Part shown: positions 41,151 to 50,069 of the stretch, piece by piece
How positions within the stretch are numbered: position 1 is the stretch's first letter
Layout: every line of letters starts with the position of its first letter
From: an uncultured Methylomirabilota bacterium
GTDB lineage: Bacteria; Methylomirabilota; Methylomirabilia; Methylomirabilales; 2-02-FULL-66-22
Length of the DNA stretch: 64,000 nt
Assembly (NCBI GenBank): GCA_963845565.1
Contig: CAWJSJ010000005.1
Coordinates: forward strand, 160,001-224,000
Direction of reading: 5' to 3'
Translations under genes and position numbers: made by a program
Notes under the pieces: model-generated
Told to the model about the DNA's origin: nothing
What the model saw: the letters and a program-made list of their open reading frames with translations, nothing else
Database searches by the model: none

Positions 41151-41438
41151 ATGCTCAAGCCAAAGCAGGACCAGTTGGCAAACGAATTTTACCAGGCCGC
41201 CTTTGCCGATGGTGAGGTGGACGCGAAGACCAAGATCCTGATCGGGACCGCCGTCTCGATGACGCTGGGGTGCTACCCCTGAATGCGGTATTACCTTGGC
41301 GTGGCCAAGGAGCAAGGAATCTCGGAGGGGGCGATTCGGGAGGCGATGGCCGTCGCGATGGCGGTGAACAGCGGACGTGTCCGCATGCAGGCGCGTGAGG
41401 CGCTCAAGGGCTTGCTGGAGCCGCTGGCTTCAGCGTGA
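41151..41438 (+). CDS. AhpD/CMD-like selenoprotein, CxxU motif (TGA 41280-82 = Sec)
   Basis: MLKPKQDQLANEFYQAAFADGEVDAKTKILIGTAVSMTLGCYP-U-MRYYLGVAKEQGISEGAIREAMAVAMAVNSG...; GGGAGG RBS; hairpin 11 nt after the TGA. Confidence 0.88.
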
Positions 41439-41453
41439 TGCGAGGAGAATGAC

Positions 41454-42923
41454 ATGAGTGCGAAAGAGTTCAGCCAGGCGGAGATCAAAGACGCGGTGAA
41501 GTCCCGGTATGCGAAAGCCATCCAGGGCCCTTCTTCCTGCTGTGGCCCATCAGCCACCCCGGCGGGGGCCCCGTCGAGCTCCTGCTGTGGACCGATCACG
41601 ATCGAGCAGAAGGGGGGCATGGTCAAGATTGCCGGCTACGATAAAGCCGACTTGAGCCGGCTGCCGGCCGACGCCGTCCAGAACTCCTTCGGGTGCGGAA
41701 CGCCCCTGGCGTTCGCGGGAGTCCAAGAAGGCCAGACGGTCCTCGACATCGGATCGGGCGCAGGCATTGATTGCTTCATCGCCGCGGAAAAAGTGGGGCC
41801 GACCGGCAAAGTGATCGGCCTGGACATGACGCCCGAGATGATCGAGCGCGCCCGCCAGAACGCCAAGGACGCCGGCCTCACCAACGTGGAGTTCCGCTTT
41901 GGCGAGGCGGAGAAGATGCCGGTCGACGATGCCTCCGTGGACTGGGTGATCTCGAACTGCGTGATCAACCTGAGTCCCGACAAGCCGGCGGTCTTCGGCG
42001 AGATCGGAAGGATCCTGCGCCCCGGCGGCCGGATCTCCATCTCCGACATCGTGGCGCAAGACCTCCCGAAGGCGGTCCGGGAGAGTCGCGACGCCTGGAC
42101 CGGATGCCTGGCCGGGGCGATCAGCGAAGAGGCTTATGTCCAGGGGCTTGAGAAGGCTGGATTACGCGACGTGCGCGTCACGTCGCGCATTGTGTATGAC
42201 GCGAGTCAACTCAAGGGCTTGTTTGGCAGCTCCTGCTGCGGGGCGGGAGAAGGGCAAGACGTGGCGGCCCTGGCGGACGCCGCGGCCGGGAAGATCTGGA
42301 GCGCGCGGTTCGAGGGGGTCAAGGCGCAACCGACGTCAGTGGTCGCCGGGACAACCATCGAGCCGGCCACGAAAGGCGACCTTCCCATGCTCGAAGCACT
42401 TCTGGTGGAGGCCGGTCTCCCCACAGATGTTGCCCCGCATCTGGCCGACTTCCTGGTGGCCCGACATCACCGAAAGGTTGTGGGGTGCGGGGGTATGGAG
42501 ATCCAGGGCACAGACGCGCTGTTTCGCTCGCTGGCGGTCAGTTCCGCCTATCGAGGGGTCGGCATCGGCCGACGGCTTTACGAAGCGCTCGTCGAAAAGG
42601 CTCGAGGAAAGGGCATCCACAGAGCGTACCTGCTGACAACCACGGTTGCTTCCTTGGCAGAGTCGTGGGGATTCCAGCGCATTGCGCGGGACCAGGTGCC
42701 TGAGGCGATCCGCGACACCACGCAGTTCCGTGGCGCATGCTGCGCCTCGGCGGTTTCCATGTGGAAGGAACTGGACAGTCAGCCTAGCGAAGTGCTGCTC
42801 TTGCTCCTGAACGTGACCGGGCGGTCCGGTCCGGACCGAAGAACGCAAGGTATCCCAGGTCCTGCGGGTTCGCCAACGGGACTTCGAACGTGCGGTGAGG
42901 AACTGCTGCAAGGGAATGGGTGA
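41454..42923 (+). CDS. arsM: Arsenite S-adenosylmethyltransferase fused to an ArsN2-like GNAT; the true end is probably ~42810 (..KCCSCS*) after a +1 shift at ~42786
   Basis: SCC repeats, SFGCGTP, VLDIGSGAGID, SNCVINL, WTGCLAGA; GNAT: LVEAGLP, LFRSLAV..YRGVGIG, AYLLTTT, QFRGACCASA. Confidence 0.9.
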   Translation: MSAKEFSQAEIKDAVKSRYAKAIQGPSSCCGPSATPAGAPSSSCCGPITIEQKGGMVKIAGYDKADLSRLPADAVQNSFGCGTPLAFAGVQEGQTVLDIGSGAGIDCFIAAEKVGPTGKVIGLDMTPEMIERARQNAKDAGLTNVEFRFGEAEKMPVDDASVDWVISNCVINLSPDKPAVFGEIGRILRPGGRISISDIVAQDLPKAVRESRDAWTGCLAGAISEEAYVQGLEKAGLRDVRVTSRIVYDASQLKGLFGSSCCGAGEGQDVAALADAAAGKIWSARFEGVKAQPTSVVAGTTIEPATKGDLPMLEALLVEAGLPTDVAPHLADFLVARHHRKVVGCGGMEIQGTDALFRSLAVSSAYRGVGIGRRLYEALVEKARGKGIHRAYLLTTTVASLAESWGFQRIARDQVPEAIRDTTQFRGACCASAVSMWKELDSQPSEVLLLLLNVTGRSGPDRRTQGIPGPAGSPTGLRTCGEELLQGNG

Positions 42924-42938
42924 AGACGCAGTTCGCGC

Positions 42939-42985
42939 TTGACTGGGTTCGGAGTGGGGTATACTATATGAGCATATAGTCATAA
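42939..42985 (+). promoter_or_regulatory. arsR2 promoter and operator
   Basis: TTGACT-17-TACTAT; ATATGAG-N6-GTCATAA at 42966-42985. Confidence 0.65.
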
Positions 42986-42997
42986 GGGGGAGGTGTT

Positions 42998-43312
42998 GTG
43001 GCAGACGATCGATTGCGGCAACTGAAAGCAGATCTGCTCAAGGCGCTCGGGCAGCCGACCCGACTGAAGATCCTGGAACTGCTCGTCGATGGGGAGCGGT
43101 GTGTCTGCGAGATCTTCCCGGCGATTCAGGGGGAGCAGTCGAATACCTCGAAGCACCTAAGTTTCCTGCGAAATCACGGCATCGTGATTTCGGAACGGCG
43201 GGGGATGCGAGTGTTCTATCGTCTGGCGGATAAACGAATCGCCCGACTACTGGAGGATGTGGAAGCGTGCGTGCGGGGAGGCCTCCAGGCGCAGGCGAGT
43301 CTGGTGGCCTGA
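42998..43312 (+). CDS. arsR: Second ArsR/SmtB regulator
   Basis: KALGQPTRLKIL, GERCVCEI, SKHL; GGGAGG RBS. Confidence 0.92.
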   Translation: MADDRLRQLKADLLKALGQPTRLKILELLVDGERCVCEIFPAIQGEQSNTSKHLSFLRNHGIVISERRGMRVFYRLADKRIARLLEDVEACVRGGLQAQASLVA

Positions 43313-43329
43313 TTTTTTTTGAGTTAAGC

Positions 43330-43349
43330 ATATGAGTGCATGCTCATTT
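43330..43349 (+). promoter_or_regulatory. Second ArsR2-type operator, before the permease
   Basis: ATATGAG-TGCATG-CTCATTT, matching the 42966 box. Confidence 0.6.
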
Positions 43350-43396
43350 ATTCCTATCGCCTCGATTCTCCGATGGCGAGGGAAGGGGGAATACTC

Positions 43397-44530
43397 ATGG
43401 CCGGTGTGGAGGCGAAGTGCAATTGCCGGATGGACCTGCCGGAAGACGAACCCGAACGGGTCGCAGCCAAGGGGAATCGCAGCGTGGGGCGACAGGCCGC
43501 GATCCTTGGAGCCGCCGTGGTGGTCTGGTGGGTCATCTACGGGCAACTGGCCCCCTTGGCCGAGTGGGCCACCTATGGACCGCTCGGCCTCGAGCGGGGA
43601 AGCCACCTGGCAGACGCCGTGGAATTCTTCCTCTACGACACACCCAAGGTGCTCATGCTGTTGACTCTGGTGGTCTTCGGCGTGGGCGTGATCCGCTCCT
43701 TCTTCACCGCAGAGCGGACCCGCCGCATTCTGGCTGGGAAGCGCGAATCAGTCGGCAATGTCCTGGCTGCGCTCCTCGGGATCGTGACTCCGTTCTGCTC
43801 CTGTTCTGCCGTGCCGCTCTTCATCGGATTCGTCACGGCGGGCGTGCCGCTGGGCGTGACTTTCTCCTTTCTGATCTCGGCGCCCATGATCAACGAGATC
43901 GCCCTGGTGCTTCTCTACGGTCTCTTCGGGTGGAAGGTGGCAGCCATCTATCTCGGGACCGGCCTCGTCATCGCCATCCTGTCCGGGTGGGTGATCGGCC
44001 GGTTGAAGATGGAGCCGCACGTTGAGGCGTGGGTGTACAAGACAACGGCGGGTGTCAGCGGCGCGGAGGAAGAACTGGATTGGTCTGGCCGCATTCATGC
44101 GGGGCTGGACGCCGTGCGGGACATCGTGGGGAGGGTGTGGGTTTACGTCGTGCTGGGAATCGCCGTGGGGGCGGGGATTCACGGCTACGTCCCGGAGAAC
44201 TTCATGGCATCCATCATGGGGAAGGGGGCCTGGTGGTCGGTCCCGCTGGCGGTGCTGATCGGGATCCCCATGTACTCGAATGCCGCCGGAATCATCCCCG
44301 TGGTCCAGGCGCTATTGGGGAAAGGGGCGGCGCTGGGGACCGTTCTGGCATTCATGATGGCGGTGATCGGGCTGTCCTTACCCGAGACCATCATCTTGCG
44401 AAAGGTCCTGAAGCCCCGTCTTATCGCCACGTTCATCGCGGTGGTTGGAGCGGGGATCCTGCTCGTCGGGTACCTTTTTAACCTGTTGCCACTTCAAGAG
44501 ATCGTGACCACCGGTCGGGCGATCTCGTAA
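43397..44530 (+). CDS. arsP: ArsP-family (DUF318) permease
   Basis: FFLYDTPK, TPFCSCSAVP, SFLISAPMINE, IHGYVP, GIPMYSN, LSLPE. Confidence 0.9.
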   Translation: MAGVEAKCNCRMDLPEDEPERVAAKGNRSVGRQAAILGAAVVVWWVIYGQLAPLAEWATYGPLGLERGSHLADAVEFFLYDTPKVLMLLTLVVFGVGVIRSFFTAERTRRILAGKRESVGNVLAALLGIVTPFCSCSAVPLFIGFVTAGVPLGVTFSFLISAPMINEIALVLLYGLFGWKVAAIYLGTGLVIAILSGWVIGRLKMEPHVEAWVYKTTAGVSGAEEELDWSGRIHAGLDAVRDIVGRVWVYVVLGIAVGAGIHGYVPENFMASIMGKGAWWSVPLAVLIGIPMYSNAAGIIPVVQALLGKGAALGTVLAFMMAVIGLSLPETIILRKVLKPRLIATFIAVVGAGILLVGYLFNLLPLQEIVTTGRAIS

Positions 44531-44592
44531 TCCGTCGGGAGCGGGGGACGGAGCCGTCCCGCCTGCCGCACACGACTCAAAAGGAGCGACAC

Positions 44593-44829
44593 ATGAAGAA
44601 GATCGCGGTGTATGGACCTGGTTGCATGAAGTGCAAGAAGGCCGAGGAGAATGTTCGTCAGGTACTGGCGGAAACGGGGATCCAGGCGACGGTGGAGCAT
44701 GTGACGGAGATGCAGGCCATCGTGGCCGCCGGCGTGATGTCCACCCCGGCGGTGGCCATTGACGGCGTGATCAAGCTGTCGGGTCGTGTTCCTACGACCA
44801 CCGAAATCCGGCAATGGATTTCGGCGTAA
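44593..44829 (+). CDS. Small thioredoxin-fold redox protein (MTH895-like)
   Basis: YGPGCMKC, GVMSTPAVAIDG..GRVP; AAGGAG RBS. Confidence 0.9.
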   Translation: MKKIAVYGPGCMKCKKAEENVRQVLAETGIQATVEHVTEMQAIVAAGVMSTPAVAIDGVIKLSGRVPTTTEIRQWISA

Positions 44830-44883
44830 CGCAACCGGCGTGCCCGGATTCTCCCGGGCCGGAGTGTGCCAAGTCTCTCTGTA

Positions 44884-44921
44884 ACGCAGAACCGGAGCCC
44901 ATTCGGGCTCCGGTTCTGCGT
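44884..44921. terminator. Hairpin between convergent genes
   Basis: Perfect 17-bp stem ACGCAGAACCGGAGCCC-ATTC-GGGCTCCGGTTCTGCGT. Confidence 0.6.
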
Positions 44922-44953
44922 CGGCTGTCTGTCGTAGCTTCCGTGACTCCAGG

Positions 44954-45181
44954 TTACCCGGCCAGCTTCGCCTGGAACTTTCCCGCCGCCTGGATCGCGG
45001 CCACGATCTGGTCCGGGGAGGGGGCCCCACCCTCGACGGTCACGCGCGCTTCCTTCTTGATCCGATCCGCCGCCGCACCCTTCACGCCTGCAAGCCTTTC
45101 CAAGGCTTGTTTCACTTCTCGCTCGCAGCCGCCTCAGGTCATGCCGGTGACGGAGAATACCAACTCCTTGGTCTCAGCCAT
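44954..45181 (-). CDS. Heavy-metal-associated (CopZ/MerP-like) selenoprotein, UxxC motif (TGA at 45134-36)
   Basis: MAETKELVFSVTGMT-U-GGCEREVKQALERLAGVKGAAADRIKKEARVTVEGGAPSPDQIVAAIQAAGKFQAKLAG*; GMTCxxC motif with the first Cys as TGA; AAGGAGG RBS. Confidence 0.88.
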
Positions 45182-45398
45182 TGCATCCTCCTTGTGTGAA
45201 GGCCGTGTGCCCGAACCCGACGAGATACTAACGCGGCTGCCCCCGGTGGGGGAAGCGGATTCTTCCCCGGAAAGAACAAGAGGGAAGGGGGTGTTCCCCT
45301 TCCCTCTCTGCCAACAAGATCCTGCATGCCAGACAGCCGAATACCCCCTTCTCGACCAGGCCGCTCAAAAAGGTCCATTGGGCCTTTTCACTGGCCTG

Positions 45399-45866
45399 CT
45401 AGGCGGCTTCGACCTTGATCGCCTTTGGCCGGGCCTCTTCCTTCTTCGGGAGCTGGATCTCCAGCACGCCATCCTTGTAGGTGGCCTTCACCCGCTCGGT
45501 GTCCACCGTCGGAGGCAGGGCCACGGACCGCTGGTAGGCGCCATAGCTCCGCTCGATTCTGGTGAATCCTTCCTCGCTGACCTCGGACTCGTTCTTCCGC
45601 TCGCCCTTCACCGTCAGCATGTTGTCTTCGATCGAGATGTTGATATCTTCCTGCTTGACGCCGGGGACGTCCATCTTCAACGAGATCCCGTCCTTGGTCT
45701 CCACGACATCCAGCAGCGGCTTCCACTCGTCGGCATTCGTGTTCATGCCCTCCCGCAGGAAATTCACGAGGGGCTCATCAAAGATCCGGCGGAAACCGGC
45801 CAACCCTTCGAACGGGTTACAGGTGTGGAGCGATGCGAACCGCGGCTGCAATCTGGTCATCAACAT
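45399..45866 (-). CDS. Hsp20/alpha-crystallin small heat shock protein
   Basis: DVPGVKQEDI, LTVKGERK, ERSYG.YQRS..LP, ATYKDGVLEI.LPK. Confidence 0.94.
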   Translation of the reverse strand: MLMTRLQPRFASLHTCNPFEGLAGFRRIFDEPLVNFLREGMNTNADEWKPLLDVVETKDGISLKMDVPGVKQEDINISIEDNMLTVKGERKNESEVSEEGFTRIERSYGAYQRSVALPPTVDTERVKATYKDGVLEIQLPKKEEARPKAIKVEAA

Positions 45867-45972
45867 TGTCGTCTCCTCCTCTTGGATTAGTCGAGCGATG
45901 CTCGACTTGGTTTCCCTTCCGACCACCACCATTTATGCCCTGTCGCTTCTGTTTCCTCAGTCATTAGTCGCT

Positions 45973-46006
45973 AATATATATATAACTTGAGCCGTATATT
46001 GTCAAT
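45973..46006 (-). promoter_or_regulatory. hsp20 promoter with a HAIR-like (HspR) site
   Basis: Minus-strand TTGACA-17-TATATA; plus-strand CTTGAGC-N7-TGTCAAT versus HAIR consensus CTTGAGT-N7-ACTCAAG; AT-rich upstream. Confidence 0.55.
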
Positions 46007-46311
46007 ATCAAAATATTAAGTGGAAAAGTAGTCATAAAGCTAATCATTTTCAATAATTTATGTAATCAATAGATCCTCCATACTATTCTGGAAAAAGTTT
46101 GAGCGAGGAGTCTTTCTTGTTCGATGAGGGCTGGATGGATCCCCGTCTGGGGGGGGAAGGCCCCGACCGATGGCCCGTGAATCCAAGCCGAGACAGGCAA
46201 GGAATGGGGCGGTATTTCTGGTGTGATTGTGCGGGGAAAGATGAGCGACTATACTAGGCTAGCAGCGAGGGCACGCATGATGCGCACCGTAGGGATTAAG
46301 GAGGGGAGCAG

Positions 46312-46485
46312 TTGGCGGACGTACACCTCGAGATCGGCCTGAAGAAGGCGATCGAGTGGATCACTCACAGACGGCGGGATGAGCCCACGGCGGGTCTGGC
46401 GGTGATGGTGGATGAGGCCTGTCGACGGTTCGACCTGACCCCGATCCAGGCGGAGTTCCTGCTCCGCCATTTCTCCCAGGGCTGA
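46312..46485 (+). CDS. Small hypothetical protein (57 aa), not in the ORF track
   Basis: AAGGAGGG RBS + TTG; ..LKKAIEWITHRRRDEP..VDEACRRFDLTPIQAEFLLRHFSQG; helical protein-like pattern. Confidence 0.65.
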   Translation: MADVHLEIGLKKAIEWITHRRRDEPTAGLAVMVDEACRRFDLTPIQAEFLLRHFSQG

Positions 46486-46492
46486 AGGCCGC

Positions 46493-46780
46493 TCACGGAG
46501 CGACGGCACTTCCCTTGCGCTTGATGTCCTCGATCGCCTGACGAACGGCTGGCAACAGGAACACACCTTCCAGATCGAACTGGGTCAAGCCTGTGGCGAG
46601 CAAACGTGCTTTGTCTCGAACGCCGAGCGTCCGCTCGATGATGATCTGCCGCTCCCCACGGAGGACGCATAGCCCGCCCCGTCCGGCCAGCTCTTCCGTG
46701 GCGAGGTTGGCGTAGCGGACAGGAATCTCGAGCTGTTCGGCCAGCGCTTCCAGTTTGGACAACAACTCCCGATCCAGCAT
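46493..46780 (-). CDS. Conserved hypothetical protein
   Basis: LEALAEQLEIPVRY..GGLCVLRG..FDLEGVFLLPAVR. Confidence 0.7.
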   Translation of the reverse strand: MLDRELLSKLEALAEQLEIPVRYANLATEELAGRGGLCVLRGERQIIIERTLGVRDKARLLATGLTQFDLEGVFLLPAVRQAIEDIKRKGSAVAP

Positions 46781-46834
46781 GGCGCCGGACCCCTGTTCGA
46801 TCCCGTACGCTCGAGCCCGCTGCGAAACCCGGCG

Positions 46835-46940
46835 GTTAGGAGCCGTTACGAAATAACCTATACATCTCTTTCTATTTCGTTACGGCTCCTTATGCCGTTT
46901 CGGAATGTCTCCGCTCAACGAATTCTTTGACAACGGCTTA
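46835..46940 (-). repeat. 106-bp composite palindromic repeat, copy 1 (at the folP stop)
   Basis: Reverse complement matches 61117-61222 at 104/106 positions. Confidence 0.9.
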
Positions 46941-47777
46941 CCTGGGCCGGAGGGCCTCGACCATGCGAATCACATCCCGCGTGGCCCCGACGTCGTGCGT
47001 GCGAACCATGTGCGCGCCGTTCAAGATCGCCACCGCCGTTGCGGCCAAGGATCCAGCCAGGCGATCGTCCGGTTCCGGTCGGTCCAGGAGCCTTCCGATG
47101 AAGGACTTCCGAGAGAGCGCGATGAGGATCGGCCGGCCGAGCGCTCGCAACTCTCCCAGTCCGCGCACCACCTCGCAATCCCACGCATCCCAGGGAAGCG
47201 CCGCTTTCCGAAAGAAGCCAATGCCCGGGTCCAGGACGATGCGATTGGCCGACAGGCCGGCGTCGTGCGCCAGGGTGAGGCTCTCTCGCAGAAGACTCCG
47301 CACCCGGTTGATCGGCTCCTGCGCCCCCGGCCCGGTTTCCGAGGCCATCAGGATCGCGCCCACCGCCCGTTGGGCTGCCACCGCGGCCATGCCGGGATCG
47401 TGGCGAAATCCGCTCACGTCGTTGATCACCACGGCCCCCGCGTCAAGGGCGGCCAGCGCGACCCGACTGCGCTTGGTGTCAACGGAGATCGGCAAGGCGG
47501 TCGCCGCGCGGAGCGCGCCGATGGCCCGGGTGAGCCGGCGGATCTCTTCCGCCTCAGAGATCTCGGTCTCCAGATAGGGGGCGGTGGACATGGCGCCGAC
47601 ATCGATCATGTCCACGCCCTCGGCGTCCATCTGCTCTGCGCGTTGGCGGACCGCGTCCTCGGTTTCAGCGACGGAGCCCTTGAAAAAGGACTCGGGGCTG
47701 ACGTTGATCGCCCCGAGGAGACGAACCGGGAATCCGTCCCCCACTTCGAGACCGGCCAGGTTTGCGTACACGGCCAT
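46938..47777 (-). CDS. folP: Dihydropteroate synthase
   Basis: INVSPESF, IDVGAMSTAP, ISVDT, INDVSG, LDPGIGF, SRKSFIG, VRTHDV. Confidence 0.93.
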   Translation of the reverse strand: MAVYANLAGLEVGDGFPVRLLGAINVSPESFFKGSVAETEDAVRQRAEQMDAEGVDMIDVGAMSTAPYLETEISEAEEIRRLTRAIGALRAATALPISVDTKRSRVALAALDAGAVVINDVSGFRHDPGMAAVAAQRAVGAILMASETGPGAQEPINRVRSLLRESLTLAHDAGLSANRIVLDPGIGFFRKAALPWDAWDCEVVRGLGELRALGRPILIALSRKSFIGRLLDRPEPDDRLAGSLAATAVAILNGAHMVRTHDVGATRDVIRMVEALRPR

Positions 47778-47822
47778 GCGGGTTCTCCGATGGGCTCACG
47801 GTGCGACGTCTTGCTCACAAAC

Positions 47823-47857
47823 AAACGGCGTCAGGAATCTTGCTCCTGACGCCGTTT
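47823..47857 (-). terminator. Hairpin after the slipin gene
   Basis: AAACGGCGTCAGGA/TCCTGACGCCGTTT 14-bp stem. Confidence 0.55.
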
Positions 47858-47882
47858 CGGGTCCACACCCTGCGGCGGGCCG

Positions 47883-48680
47883 TCAGGCCGACTTCTTCAA
47901 CCCTGAAAAGGCCTGCAGGAAGTCAATGGGGAGCGGGAAGACGATGGTCGAGTTCTTCTCCGTGCCGATCTCCGTCAGTGTCTGCAGGTAGCGGAGCTGG
48001 ATCGTGACAGGCTCCGAGGCGATGATCTTTGCCGCCTGGGCCAGCTTCTCGGACGCCTGCAGTTCGCCCTCGGCGTGGATGATCTTGGCGCGCTTCTCCC
48101 GCTCGGCCTCGGCCTGGCGGGCCATGGCGCGCTGCATCTCCTGGGGAAGATCGATGAACTTGACCTCCACGGCGCTGACCTTGATGCCCCACGGTTCGGT
48201 GTGCTCGTCGATGATCCGCTGGAGCTTCTGATTGATCTTGTCGCGCTCCGAGAGCAGTTCGTCCAGCTCGGACTGGCCCAGCACGCTGCGCAGCGTGGTC
48301 TGGGCGATCTGGGAGGTGGCAAACAGGTAATCCTCCACGGCGACCACCGCCCGTTCCGGGTCCATCACCCGGAAGTAAATGACCGCATTCACCTTCAGGG
48401 AGACGTTGTCGCGGGTGATCGTATCCTGGGACGGCACGTCCATGGCCACGGTCCGCAGGCTGACCTTGACCATCTTGTCGATGAGTGGCAGCAGTAAGAG
48501 GAGCCCCGGGCCGTTTCCCTGTCCCCCCGGATTCAGCAACGCCTTGGATAGGCGGCCCAGGCGGAACACGACCGCGCGTTCGTACTCCCGCAGGACCTTC
48601 AACGAGCTGGACAGGACGTAGATGGCCAGAATGATGAGAAAGACCATCGGGACGAAGGTGAACGGCAGGATGTTGTTCAT
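47883..48680 (-). CDS. SPFH/slipin (stomatin-like) protein
   Basis: [44 protein letters not shown]. Confidence 0.94.
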   Translation of the reverse strand: MNNILPFTFVPMVFLIILAIYVLSSSLKVLREYERAVVFRLGRLSKALLNPGGQGNGPGLLLLLPLIDKMVKVSLRTVAMDVPSQDTITRDNVSLKVNAVIYFRVMDPERAVVAVEDYLFATSQIAQTTLRSVLGQSELDELLSERDKINQKLQRIIDEHTEPWGIKVSAVEVKFIDLPQEMQRAMARQAEAEREKRAKIIHAEGELQASEKLAQAAKIIASEPVTIQLRYLQTLTEIGTEKNSTIVFPLPIDFLQAFSGLKKSA

Positions 48681-50029
48681 TCTGACCTCCCCGGCGTGAC
48701 GGGGCCAGGGGCCGCCATCACGCGCTGGACCGGAACGACGCGCAGGGTGAGTCCCTCGATCTTGGCCACTCGCACCGAATCGCCGGGTTCGACCGGCGAT
48801 TCGGCCTCGGCGTTCCACAGTTCCCCGCGCACAAAGATCTGGCCCCGCGGGGCCAGTCGGCTGCGGACGACCCCTACCTCGCCGACCAGTCCCTCGCGGC
48901 CCGTGGTCGTCCGAGACCACAGGGCGCGCGCCGCCGTGCCGACGATGAGCGTGAAAAAGCCGGCCATCACCAGCGCGGTGACGATGATGGTGGTGAGCGG
49001 GATCCGCATGTCGGGTATCGGGCTGTCGATGAGCATGACGGAGCCGAGGATCATCGCCGCAACGCCTCCCAGCGTCAGGATGCCGTGAGAGACGATCTTG
49101 ATCTCGGCGATGAACATCACGACGGCCAGCAAGATGAGCAGGACACCGGCATAGTTGATCGGCAACTGCTGGAACGCGTACAGGGCCAGGATCAGGCTGA
49201 TCCCGCCGAGGACGCCCGGCAGGACCGCGCCGGGCGTGCTGAACTCGAAGTACAGGCCGGCCAAGCCGAGCAGCAGGAGGAAGTAGGCGATCGTCGGGTC
49301 GGCGATGATCTTCAGGATCTTCTCGCGGAGGTTCATTTCCCCGCGGGTGACGGTGGCGTCCTTCGTTTCGATCTTGACTTTGCCGGCCGCTGTGGTGACC
49401 ACGCGGCCGTCGATCGTCTGGAGGAGGTCCTCCAGCTTCGGACTGACCACATCGATGAGCTTCGCCTTCAGGGCCTCGGTCTCGGTCTTGGCGGTGGCCT
49501 TCCGGACCCACTCCTCGGCCAGATCGATCGGCCGACCGCGCTTCTCGGCGATGGTGCGCATGTACGCCGCCGCGTCGTTGGTGACCTTCTTTTCCATGGT
49601 CTTGTCCATCTGACCGCCCATCGCCACGGGGGCGGCGGCGCCGATGTTGGTTCCCGGCGCCATGGCGGCGACGTGCGCGGCCACGGTGATGAAGGCCCCG
49701 GCCGAGGCGGCGCGGGCGCCGCTGGGGGCGACGTAGACCACGATGGGACGCTCGGCGGCCAGCATCTCCTTGATGATGGCTCGCATGGAGGTGTCCAGGC
49801 CGCCGGGCGTGTCCAGCTCGATGACGAGCGCGGCGACCTTGTCCTTCTCGGCCTGCTTGATGGCGGCCACGATATATTCCGCCGCGCTGGACGAGATGAC
49901 GCCCTCCACCCGGATGACGTTGACCTGAGGGGAGGCGGCGAAGGCCGGCGAAATACCACAACACAGGGCGACGAGGGTCAGGACGACCCCGGCGCGGCGA
50001 ACGCGGGCTGCGAAGTCGAGAGATCGCAT
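48677..50029 (-). CDS. nfeD: NfeD membrane-bound serine protease
   Basis: [25 protein letters not shown]-terminal GELWNA; paired with slipin. Confidence 0.93.
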   Translation of the reverse strand: MRSLDFAARVRRAGVVLTLVALCCGISPAFAASPQVNVIRVEGVISSSAAEYIVAAIKQAEKDKVAALVIELDTPGGLDTSMRAIIKEMLAAERPIVVYVAPSGARAASAGAFITVAAHVAAMAPGTNIGAAAPVAMGGQMDKTMEKKVTNDAAAYMRTIAEKRGRPIDLAEEWVRKATAKTETEALKAKLIDVVSPKLEDLLQTIDGRVVTTAAGKVKIETKDATVTRGEMNLREKILKIIADPTIAYFLLLLGLAGLYFEFSTPGAVLPGVLGGISLILALYAFQQLPINYAGVLLILLAVVMFIAEIKIVSHGILTLGGVAAMILGSVMLIDSPIPDMRIPLTTIIVTALVMAGFFTLIVGTAARALWSRTTTGREGLVGEVGVVRSRLAPRGQIFVRGELWNAEAESPVEPGDSVRVAKIEGLTLRVVPVQRVMAAPGPVTPGRSE

Positions 50030-50069
50030 TGGACACCCCTGGCCGCGGCGGCTCCAGAATTGTGCCTTA

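Noticed and set aside
41436..41456. The terminal TGA of the AhpD-like gene is followed by TGC and is in frame with arsM (possible U-C read-through fusion)
   Set aside because: The intervening GAGGAG is a well-spaced RBS for arsM and there is no clear hairpin after this TGA
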